Assembly (NCBI GenBank): GCA_034722955.1
Contig: JAYEOM010000001.1
Coordinates: forward strand, 63,718 to 75,059
Direction of reading: 5' to 3'
DNA from: Campylobacterota bacterium
Lineage (GTDB): Bacteria; Campylobacterota; Campylobacteria; Campylobacterales; Sulfurovaceae
Length of the DNA stretch: 11,342 nucleotides
Under the pieces are notes generated by a model. That model saw only the letters and a program-made list of their open reading frames with translations, had not been told where the DNA came from and did no database searches. Shown one piece after another: positions 1-7,290 of this stretch; the stretch's first letter is position 1; each line of letters opens with the position of its first letter. Made by a program: the position numbers and the translations under genes.

Positions 1-45
1 GAGATACTGGAGGTACGCGATACTTACAAAGATCAATTTGAATGA
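1..45 (+). CDS. possible 3' end of a convergent gene entering the window (...EILEVRDTYKDQFE*)
   Basis: Frame 1 is open from base 1 to TGA at 43-45 and overlaps the CHAD gene stop by 13 bp. Too short to identify. Confidence 0.3.
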   Translation, partial: EILEVRDTYKDQFE

Positions 46-1040
46 ACCCCAAAGAGTCTCTTTGCTCTCTTCTTATATCTTTTCATCTTGATAAAATTCT
101 TGCGAAATAACTCCTCCTGCTCCTCTTCGAGCTTATCTATCTCTACGATCAATAGAGCTATGACTTTTTTTGTTTTCCTCTTTTGAAGTAGTGGATCACT
201 GCCTAGAGAGAGTAGAAGTGTTTTCTGAACTTGATAGTCATGGAAATCACCAAGAATAGTCTGCATTTTTTTGGTCAATCTCATAATCTCATCATATTTT
301 TCTCTCTCTATGAGAGGCTGCATAACTTCGAGAGTATAGCGTATCTTTTTGTACTGGATACGGAGTTTGTGATACTCCTCTTCTCCTGATTGGGCATCTA
401 ATCTTTTCCCTTTTTTGACGATAGTGCTGGCTCTCTTCTCTACTATTTGCATCGCAGTTATCACAATCGGTTGGTTGGTCACCTCTTTGGTGAGAGAGGA
501 TTTCATTTCGGGTTTTGGCAGTGAAGCGATCTCCTGCCGTAGCAGTTCATTCTCTACCAAAGAGAGTACAACTCTATCGGATATCTCTTTTTTCTTCAAA
601 AGAAGTTTTTGCAGGGGAGTGAGTCCTTTTTGCATCTTTTTTGGTAAAAGTGATCTATAAAAAGGCATTTTTGTCAACAGAACATCCCTATCACGCTTCT
701 CATTTGTCTCTGCCATCAAATGAGATAAGTTCCGCCGATGCAAGGCATGCCAGTCAGGCGATAAAAAAGCTTTGAACGCATCTATAATACTTTTAATTTT
801 TCTGATAGAGACACGAAACTTATGAAGTGCCTCAGGATCATCTGGATTTTCGAGCAGTCGTTTTCGATGAGCATCAAGCTTGACTGCCAAACCCCTAAAG
901 ATAGTCTCTATCGCTACGATACTACTATCATTGGGCATAATAGTCTCTCTCTTTAAGGCACTATTTGGAGGCGGATAAACGGCTCTCTTCTCCGACCAAG
1001 AACACAACGGGTACTCTCTTTTGCTTTTCAACTTTTTCAT
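33..1040 (-). CDS. CHAD domain protein (polyphosphate-binding helical domain)
   Basis: Paired CHAD motifs EALHKFRVSIRKIKS / EKRDRDV and YHKLRIQYKKIRYTLE / LGDFHDYQV; very Lys/Arg rich. The true start may be the ATG at 938 (MPNDSS...). Confidence 0.9.
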   Translation of the reverse strand: MKKLKSKREYPLCSWSEKRAVYPPPNSALKRETIMPNDSSIVAIETIFRGLAVKLDAHRKRLLENPDDPEALHKFRVSIRKIKSIIDAFKAFLSPDWHALHRRNLSHLMAETNEKRDRDVLLTKMPFYRSLLPKKMQKGLTPLQKLLLKKKEISDRVVLSLVENELLRQEIASLPKPEMKSSLTKEVTNQPIVITAMQIVEKRASTIVKKGKRLDAQSGEEEYHKLRIQYKKIRYTLEVMQPLIEREKYDEIMRLTKKMQTILGDFHDYQVQKTLLLSLGSDPLLQKRKTKKVIALLIVEIDKLEEEQEELFRKNFIKMKRYKKRAKRLFGVHSN

Positions 1041-1147
1041 AACTTTTCATCTCTCTCATATGCAGTCATCTAAACAGGATAAGTCATACCTTGTCAATAT
1101 CTATGCAGAACGGTCAAGAATCTCTCCTCTCAATAGTATCCTACAAG

Positions 1148-1156
1148 ATTGTATCA
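1148..1156 (-). promoter_or_regulatory. extended -10 (TGATACAAT) upstream of CHAD gene
   Basis: TGnTACAAT on the minus strand in the 164-bp gap between the ATPase and CHAD genes. Confidence 0.45.
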
Positions 1157-1204
1157 TAAAGGCACTTATCACTCACATCTTACCACGATTTTAAAGGTTG
1201 ATCA

Positions 1205-3460
1205 CTATAATGTATCGATCAATTTACATAACCAAAAGTCTTTGAACATTAGGCAGATGCCACTCATCAGCTCCTCTAGGGGTATCTCTATATCTTTGTT
1301 CTTCAGATCAGTGATGAGTTGGTATATCGTCTCATAGATCACACGATCCTCCTGATCCATCATGAGAAAGTTTCCATTTGGTGCATTCTTGAGTTTCAAT
1401 ATCTCATCATTGGAGACCTTGCCTCCAATAGATCGCTCCCTGCTATCCCTAAAGAGTCTAAATTGATATTTGCTATTGTTGATAACGAGTTGATTGAAAT
1501 TTTTGATACGATGGACAAAAGTTCGACCCTCTAGATGCAAAAATCCTATCACATAGGCATATTTTTCTGTTTTGATGATGACATGTTCAGGAATCACTTT
1601 TTTCATCTTGAAGAAATCCAAAGATATATCATAGATAGAGTCGATAGATTTGAGGATAAACTTGAGTCTATCGATATCATTTTTATCATCTATGATAACC
1701 CTCTGACTATATGCTATGTTTTTGCTATCATATACTTTGTCAATATACCTTTTGATATCAAAATTCATCTTTTTTTGCGGTTGAGGCTGCTCTATCTTGT
1801 GGAGAGACTCCAGATACTCTACTCTAGCCACAAGCTGTTTGAGCTTCTCCTCTAGGGAGAGTTCACTCACTTTGGGCAGAGGTATCTGATGAACTATGGA
1901 TTGGTAGTAGTCATAGGCCCTGTTGAGTACTTTGCGTATAGAGTCATACTGCAAGATATCTTTGTAGAGATGTGCAGAGGTAAATATATACTCCAAGTTT
2001 ACACCCGAAGCCTCTGCTCTTTGCATCAACATCTTACGCATATCTACACTGCAAGGCCTCTCCAAGTAGACACGCGTTCTACCCAACAGATCGATGATAG
2101 AGCCATCAAACATAGCTTCATACTCTCGCCAGCGACTAGGAAAGAGGTTTAGTATCACTAGAGAGTTTGGTGTCTGCGTGATAAGCTCTTTGAGGTTTTC
2201 GGCAAACTTCTCTATGAGTTCATCATCTCCACTCATCGCTTCTAGCTGATCAAAGGAGATGATCAAAGGTTCATCAAAGATAGATAGTTTACCGAAAAGT
2301 GAGATAGCAGCAAGAGCAAAAACCTCTTTGTTAAAATCCTCACCATGTCCATCCAAGCCAATCTGCCCCAGCTGCTCCCCGCTGAGCTCTTTAGCACTGA
2401 GATAGTTGATGACAATATCCCTACGGTTCTCATCAACATAAAAGGTATACTTGATGAGTGCTTTTAGCAGCCCTATAGAGACCAGATCGCTACCATAGGA
2501 GGTACGATACCACTTCAACATAACCCGTTCGATAGATTTCCAGTTTTTCACTCTATATTGAGTACCATCTTTACCAAAGTGTGTATAGATATTGAGTGGA
2601 TTATCCTCAAGTACCTCTTTGATCTTCTTGCTAGGACTATTTTGGATGATGATACCTGCGAAGGATTTTGCCAAAAGATACTCTAGCTGAGAGTATGGTG
2701 AGTCATCAATCTTTTGGATAAACGACTCCAATATTTTGGTATAGATATGGAGTAGGATATTTTGTGTATCATTGGGCTTACCGATAAATAAAAATCGATT
2801 TGTCTTAGAGACACTCTTCACAAACCTCATCATGAGATGTGTCTTTCCATTGCCTGCATCGGCTAAAACTATGGCAGATTTGGTTTGATGATTTGGATCC
2901 TCTTTGATCTCTTTGACACTATTGAGTAGAGTAGCAAACTCTGCTTTATATAGATCCATATCATCAAAATGTTCTTGGAAAGGGTTATCTACCTTTGAAC
3001 TGAGAAATGGATTTACCACTTTTGCTCTCTTTAGGGATGACTCTATATCTAAAAGTTTCATATATAGTTGATATGTATAGCGTGCATCATATGATGCCCT
3101 ATGAGCCAAATCTTTATCGAAAAACTTATCTTCATATTGCAGAAAGAGTGATTGAGACAAAAAATCAAGAGTGTGACTCTCATGATCAGGCAAGAGCTGC
3201 TTGCTCTGGAGATAGGTACATGAACTTTTCAGATCGATATCAACCCCTATAGAGTCATAACTTCTCTTAAGTAGAGAGATATCATGCTCTGCATAGTGTG
3301 CTACTATCAGATGTGACTCCAGTATACTTTTTGCTTCGAGTAGCACTTCACTGAGATTACCATCGATGAAATGCTCTAAAATCAACTCTCCGCTCTCGTC
3401 AACAATAGCGATCTGCGTAAGTCTGCCTTTCCCTTCAGTATCCAACACGATAAAACTCAA
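1205..3460 (-). CDS. DEDDh 3'-5' exonuclease fused to a P-loop (AAA+-like) ATPase
   Basis: ExoI VLDTEG (D7,E9), ExoII HYAEHD (D60), ExoIII HRASYDA (H120,D125). Walker A ADAGNGKT (aa200-207), Walker B LIISFDQLE (aa399-407). TTG start with AGGAG RBS at 3466-3470. Confidence 0.85.
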   Translation of the reverse strand: MSFIVLDTEGKGRLTQIAIVDESGELILEHFIDGNLSEVLLEAKSILESHLIVAHYAEHDISLLKRSYDSIGVDIDLKSSCTYLQSKQLLPDHESHTLDFLSQSLFLQYEDKFFDKDLAHRASYDARYTYQLYMKLLDIESSLKRAKVVNPFLSSKVDNPFQEHFDDMDLYKAEFATLLNSVKEIKEDPNHQTKSAIVLADAGNGKTHLMMRFVKSVSKTNRFLFIGKPNDTQNILLHIYTKILESFIQKIDDSPYSQLEYLLAKSFAGIIIQNSPSKKIKEVLEDNPLNIYTHFGKDGTQYRVKNWKSIERVMLKWYRTSYGSDLVSIGLLKALIKYTFYVDENRRDIVINYLSAKELSGEQLGQIGLDGHGEDFNKEVFALAAISLFGKLSIFDEPLIISFDQLEAMSGDDELIEKFAENLKELITQTPNSLVILNLFPSRWREYEAMFDGSIIDLLGRTRVYLERPCSVDMRKMLMQRAEASGVNLEYIFTSAHLYKDILQYDSIRKVLNRAYDYYQSIVHQIPLPKVSELSLEEKLKQLVARVEYLESLHKIEQPQPQKKMNFDIKRYIDKVYDSKNIAYSQRVIIDDKNDIDRLKFILKSIDSIYDISLDFFKMKKVIPEHVIIKTEKYAYVIGFLHLEGRTFVHRIKNFNQLVINNSKYQFRLFRDSRERSIGGKVSNDEILKLKNAPNGNFLMMDQEDRVIYETIYQLITDLKNKDIEIPLEELMSGICLMFKDFWLCKLIDTL

Positions 3461-3496
3461 GATATCTCCTATGTATCAAATTTATCTAATTAAAAT

Positions 3497-3502
3497 ATTA
3501 TA
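3497..3502 (-). promoter_or_regulatory. proximal -10 box (TATAAT) for exonuclease-ATPase gene
   Basis: GGTATAAT on the minus strand ~36 nt upstream of the start codon. Confidence 0.5.
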
Positions 3503-3504
3503 CC

Positions 3505-3622
3505 GAAATAAACTACGAAGTGTTTAGAAGTGCAATATTGAGAGAAAACAAGGAAGGTTTACATATTTGGACAAGGAGTAAAACAAACTCTCAACATCGC
3601 TTTGAAAGACTTTCTCTTTCTT
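3505..3622 (-). ncRNA. candidate sRNA or long structured 5' leader with anti-Shine-Dalgarno motifs
   Basis: Lies downstream of a perfect TGCTATAAT. Contains a 5' hairpin GAAAGA-gaaag-TCTTTC and CU-rich ACTCCTTGT and CCTTCCTTGT motifs; no ORF in the track. Confidence 0.35.
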
Positions 3623-3628
3623 GAGAGT

Positions 3629-3637
3629 ATTATAGCA
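3629..3637 (-). promoter_or_regulatory. perfect extended -10 (TGCTATAAT)
   Basis: attatagca on the + strand, matching the Campylobacterota sigma70 consensus. Confidence 0.6.
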
Positions 3638-3660
3638 CTCCAGAGTAAACCATTGGAAAA

Positions 3661-5133
3661 TCAATCATTAATGGGTGGTGTCTCAGTTATCCTAGATAGA
3701 GAGACTCTCGTAACAAGAGGGATAAACTCACTACTGCTTGAATCTGCATAAGTCATCTCTGCATTGGAGTCAGAGATACAGTAATCTACAGTAAATACAG
3801 GTACTCCAAGATTTAGATATTTTTTGTTTTGAGCTATCCTGTTGGGGGTAGAGTAGTCACCACTCTGTCTCTCTCCACCACTCAAATCACCTGCACTAGG
3901 ATCATCCCACCCTGCATCACCTTCACCATAAAACCATGTATCCTCCGTAGCAAGAGCATCTATGACAGAGGTGTAGTAGGCAGGATCATAATCCAACAGA
4001 TAAGGGGCATTTTGCGAGACAACAACAAAGTCAGGATTGAGACTCTTTCCGGCATTTTTGATCTTCTCTATAAATGATATCATGGCTTTTTCAGGATTGA
4101 TCCCCTGTGAGATAGCAACCTCTTGCACCTTCTCATCATCATACGCCTCTACCCAATCGAGATAGACACCATCAAAACCATATGCAGCTAACTGCTTGAT
4201 AATACCATTTTCACCCAACCATATATTTTGCCACTCTGCATCCCAATATGCTACAGGGTAGTTTCCGCTCCATCCGTCAGGATCGACTGTAACCAAAAAG
4301 TCTGGTACTCCAGACTCTATAGCTGTAGGTGCGATCCAATCTTCCAGCCAGTAAGATCGATAATCTTCCGCCTCTCCTATATCGATATATGCCAGCAGCA
4401 TGCGCTTCTCTCCACCTGCTTTTTGCTTGAGTTTGGAGATCAGATAGGTTGTATCATAGCTAAAGTTTTTAAAGTTATGTCCAGGCTCTACTACCAGCAT
4501 GTCATAAGTCGTATCCGAGAGCAGGTCAATGGCACTCCTCTCTTCTAGCCCTTGTATCTGGTACATCCATGTTGTGATCTTCACACCCTTTAGTAGTGTA
4601 GATACTCTTTGGTTTTCGATACTGTGCAGAGCCTCCTCTACAGTAGAGAGAGATCCTGATACTCCATACATTATACTTTTTGCAAAGGTGACACTAGAGT
4701 ATCCGGCATCTGCAAAAGCAATCCCAACTGTTGTTTTGTTTGCGAGGATTATGGCATCATCACCCAAAGCTCCATGGATCACAGATAAAATAAAAACTGA
4801 TTTTTCTATATTCCCGGAATCTATCTCTTCCACCCAATAGTCTAAGCCAGCCTGATCTACCGCCCGATTAAATAGATTGCTGTAGATAGATTCGACAAAT
4901 ACCTTACTTGAAGTGCCAGGAGGATAGAGTGATTGTGTTTCGGGCTGTTCAAAAAAACTCTTTGCTATATGTTCCAGAGTGAGTCCAGAATCAACCCAAT
5001 ATGCCAATCCTGCTGTATCAGGAGCACGATCAAAAGTTGCGACATAGAGCTTGGCAACACTCTCCTCTGTAGGAGCCGTCGCCTGTAGCAACACAATAGT
5101 AAATATAAAAAGAAGCAGTAACCTTTTAAGCAT
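3661..5133 (-). CDS. secreted DUF4214 (S-layer-like) + MJ1477/TM1410-type GH114-like endo-alpha-1,4-polygalactosaminidase
   Basis: Signal peptide MLKRLLLLFIFTIVLLQA. DUF4214-like repeats LYVATFDRAPDTAGLAYW and IYSNLFNRAVDQAGLDYW. GH motifs WMYQIQ, AYIDIGEAEDYRSYW, GFDGVYLD, QNA, ATED, VFTVDY. AAGGA RBS. Confidence 0.85.
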   Translation of the reverse strand: MLKRLLLLFIFTIVLLQATAPTEESVAKLYVATFDRAPDTAGLAYWVDSGLTLEHIAKSFFEQPETQSLYPPGTSSKVFVESIYSNLFNRAVDQAGLDYWVEEIDSGNIEKSVFILSVIHGALGDDAIILANKTTVGIAFADAGYSSVTFAKSIMYGVSGSLSTVEEALHSIENQRVSTLLKGVKITTWMYQIQGLEERSAIDLLSDTTYDMLVVEPGHNFKNFSYDTTYLISKLKQKAGGEKRMLLAYIDIGEAEDYRSYWLEDWIAPTAIESGVPDFLVTVDPDGWSGNYPVAYWDAEWQNIWLGENGIIKQLAAYGFDGVYLDWVEAYDDEKVQEVAISQGINPEKAMISFIEKIKNAGKSLNPDFVVVSQNAPYLLDYDPAYYTSVIDALATEDTWFYGEGDAGWDDPSAGDLSGGERQSGDYSTPNRIAQNKKYLNLGVPVFTVDYCISDSNAEMTYADSSSSEFIPLVTRVSLSRITETPPIND

Positions 5134-5179
5134 AACATATCCTTTTGATTAAGAAAACATCAAAGTATTTCTATCCCCG

Positions 5180-5482
5180 CTATTGGACTCCGGGGAAAGC
5201 ATCTACATATTTTATCTTGAAATCTCCAAATGCTTTTACTTTTTGTATCTTATAATCAGGAAATGCATCTACAATTTGCCACTTTCCAGCCTCATCGGGA
5301 AAGCTATCGACCACTTTTACATGCAGGTCGGCAAAAGCATCTACAACTTCAACTTTATAGTCAGGAAAGGCAGTAACATACTGAATCTTACCAAATATTT
5401 TACCCACATCTACTCTCTTGTCTCCTGCGTTTATCGATGATATCACTATCAGCACAAGCACTACATACTTAAGAATTCTCAT
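5180..5482 (-). CDS. small secreted protein with six ~11-aa (P/A/G)D-x-K-(V/I)-xx-V-D-(A/S)-F repeats; DUF6150 / '7(1) septoil knot'-like
   Basis: Signal peptide MRILKYVVLVLIVISSINA and repeats visible directly. The GAGGAG RBS (5491-5496) is better spaced to ATG 5482 than to 5488. Family name is from recall. Confidence 0.75.
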   Translation of the reverse strand: MRILKYVVLVLIVISSINAGDKRVDVGKIFGKIQYVTAFPDYKVEVVDAFADLHVKVVDSFPDEAGKWQIVDAFPDYKIQKVKAFGDFKIKYVDAFPGVQ

Positions 5483-5514
5483 GACCATAACTCCTCTATT
5501 TAATTTTATACTCT

Positions 5515-5523
5515 ATTATATCA
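5515..5523 (-). promoter_or_regulatory. extended -10 (TGATATAAT) for repeat protein / GH114 genes
   Basis: attatatca on the + strand, ~20 nt upstream of the RBS. Confidence 0.6.
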
Positions 5524-5631
5524 AGGAAATTCTAAATAATAAAATATTTCATCCGGTATTGCTGAAAATCTATACTTAATTTTGAATTTTACAGTATACT
5601 TTGGAATATTTTTATCCGAAGGTATCCCAAT

Positions 5632-6288
5632 ATGAAGACACTCTTTCTATTTATCTCTCTATTTACTCTATCTGTTCTATCAGCAGAGTATAGATCAACT
5701 ATTCAAAAAATCACTCCGGATATCAAAAAGAGGATGATTGATGGCAACTCCTGGAGAGATGGATGTCCTGTTGCACTGCGTGACCTTCGCTATATTCAGG
5801 TAACACACTATGACTTTAGAGGAAAAACCAAAATAGGCGAACTTATCATGCACCGAAGTGTTGCAAAAGAGATCACTGAAATATTTAGAGAACTTTATCA
5901 AATTGGTTATCCCATCAACAGAATGTCACTTGTCTCTGATTTTGGGGGTAACGACTATAGATCTATTGAGCATGACAATACCTCTGCCTTCAATTGTCGC
6001 AATGCCACCGGTAAGCAAAAGTGGTCAAAACATGCTTATGGACTAGCGATCGATATCAATCCTATAGAAAATCCATATCTCAAGAGAGGCAAACATAGCT
6101 CACACTCTAAATCTAGACCTTTTGAAAAGAGAGTACATAAAGACTTAGCCAAGACTGAAGATATAGCTATTCTGCTAGAGAGCGATAGAGCAACCCAATT
6201 TTTCAAAAAAAGAGGATGGACTTGGGGCGGTGACTGGAAATATATTAAAGATTACCAACATTTTCAGAAAAAATTGCCTTCTAACTAA
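5632..6288 (+). CDS. secreted M15 family zinc metallopeptidase (peptidoglycan carboxypeptidase-like)
   Basis: SxHxxGxAxD motif SKHAYGLAIDINP; WTWGGDW...DYQHFQ; N-terminal signal peptide. Confidence 0.9.
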   Translation: MKTLFLFISLFTLSVLSAEYRSTIQKITPDIKKRMIDGNSWRDGCPVALRDLRYIQVTHYDFRGKTKIGELIMHRSVAKEITEIFRELYQIGYPINRMSLVSDFGGNDYRSIEHDNTSAFNCRNATGKQKWSKHAYGLAIDINPIENPYLKRGKHSSHSKSRPFEKRVHKDLAKTEDIAILLESDRATQFFKKRGWTWGGDWKYIKDYQHFQKKLPSN

Positions 6289-6326
6289 ACTCTATATATA
6301 GATTTCTAAATTTCTAAAATTTCAGT

Positions 6327-6357
6327 TATAATTTTAGTATTATATATAATTAGGAGG
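6327..6357 (+). promoter_or_regulatory. -10 box and RBS of SDR gene
   Basis: TATAAT at 6327-6332 preceded by periodic TTTCTAAA tracts; AGGAGG at 6352-6357. Confidence 0.5.
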
Positions 6358-6362
6358 TTGTT

Positions 6363-7064
6363 ATGAAAAAAGTTTTTATTACAGGTACAGGCTCTGGGAT
6401 AGGATATGAACTAGCCCAAAAATATTTAAGCTCCGGTGCAAAAGTTTATGCTGTAGGTAGAAAAGCATCACCTATACTTGACAAGCAACCTAATTTTTTC
6501 TTTTTTCCTTGTGATCTGAGTGATACTTTTCTTCTCCAAGCAGAGATAAATGATTTTATACTCAATAACAGTTTTGATATCGCAATCCTAACTGCCGAGA
6601 TACTATGGGATATCAAAGAGCTGAGGGAGACAACTACTGAAAACATCAAAAAAGTCATGGATATCAATGTATGGGCAAACAAAGAGTTGATCGATTCTCT
6701 AAATACATTTTGTACTGTCAAGCAGATCGTAGTTGTAAGCTCTGGAATAGCCATCAGTGGCTCCAAAGGCTCTGGTGCCTACTCTATATCCAAAAGCTCC
6801 CTCAATACGATGATCAGTATCTTCGCCAAAGAGTTACCGGATATTCACCTGTCTGTACTGGCAACAGGGGTTATCAAAACATCAATGGTTAATTATATTC
6901 TCGCCAATGTTAGCCACAGCACCTACCCTTTAGTAGACAAAATCTCTAATGGAGTCATCATCTCTGCAGATGAAGCAGCAAAACAACTTATACCTGCTTT
7001 TGAAAAACTACTAGAGTATGAGAGTGGAAGTTATGTCGATATTAGGAAGATGTACTTTCGCTAA
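6363..7064 (+). CDS. short-chain dehydrogenase/reductase (YueD/sepiapterin reductase-like), divergent
   Basis: TGTGSGIG Rossmann motif, VSSG, catalytic YSISK (Y140,K144); NAG motif reads TAE. Confidence 0.85.
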   Translation: MKKVFITGTGSGIGYELAQKYLSSGAKVYAVGRKASPILDKQPNFFFFPCDLSDTFLLQAEINDFILNNSFDIAILTAEILWDIKELRETTTENIKKVMDINVWANKELIDSLNTFCTVKQIVVVSSGIAISGSKGSGAYSISKSSLNTMISIFAKELPDIHLSVLATGVIKTSMVNYILANVSHSTYPLVDKISNGVIISADEAAKQLIPAFEKLLEYESGSYVDIRKMYFR

Positions 7065-7133
7065 TCAAATAAGAGATTGTTCAAAGTGAAGTATTTGGGA
7101 GATTATAGGTAGCAGCAAGGGCTCGGGGAGATA

Positions 7134-7214
7134 CTGAAGCACTATATTGACTTCATAGAGGCTCAAGAATTATGGGAAGATAAGAGGCATAGATACCTTG
7201 TCATTGGAAGAATT
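7134..7214 (+). pseudogene. BrnT-like toxin fragment
   Basis: Translates LKHYIDFIEAQELWED-KRHRYLVIGRI, resembling BrnT KHGIDFxEAxxLWxD...RYLVIG. No start codon (in-frame TAG at 7110-7112). Confidence 0.55.
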
Positions 7215-7227
7215 CATTTAAACCCGA

Positions 7228-7290
7228 ACCCAAATAACTTTCAAGATATTTAGTAGATACTCCATTGAAATGTTTCATCCAAGCTTTTAG
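7228..7290 (-). mobile_element. IS1595-family transposase C-terminal remnant
   Basis: Translates LKAWMKHFNGVSTKYLESYLG, matching the IS1595 C-terminal LKxW...F(H/N)GV(S/A)TKYLxxYL signature. Confidence 0.65.

Noticed and set aside
961..1059. Short alternative-frame minus ORF (MREMKSYEKVEKQ...) overlapping the CHAD 5' end, as a possible frameshifted CYTH remnant
   Set aside because: No CYTH ExExK motif or other similarity recognisable
415..3252. Plus-strand ORFs 415-660, 1149-1337, 1319-1534, 1535-1855, 1889-2152, 3007-3252
   Set aside because: Antisense shadows of well-supported minus-strand genes; no motifs
5144..5164. TTTGAT...ATCAAA hairpin as a terminator
   Set aside because: Only 6 AT-rich pairs with no U-tract; overlaps the RBS region
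5190..5385. Regularly spaced DNA repeats resembling a mini-CRISPR array
   Set aside because: Short, degenerate, codon-phased and explained by the protein repeat; no cas genes
3829..5440. Plus-strand ORFs 3829-4077, 4228-4548, 4529-4840, 5183-5440
   Set aside because: Antisense to the GH114 and repeat-protein genes; no recognisable features
5695..6892. ORFs 5695-5901, 5858-6046, 6446-6766, 6671-6892
   Set aside because: Fully nested in the M15 or SDR genes, in alternative frames or antisense
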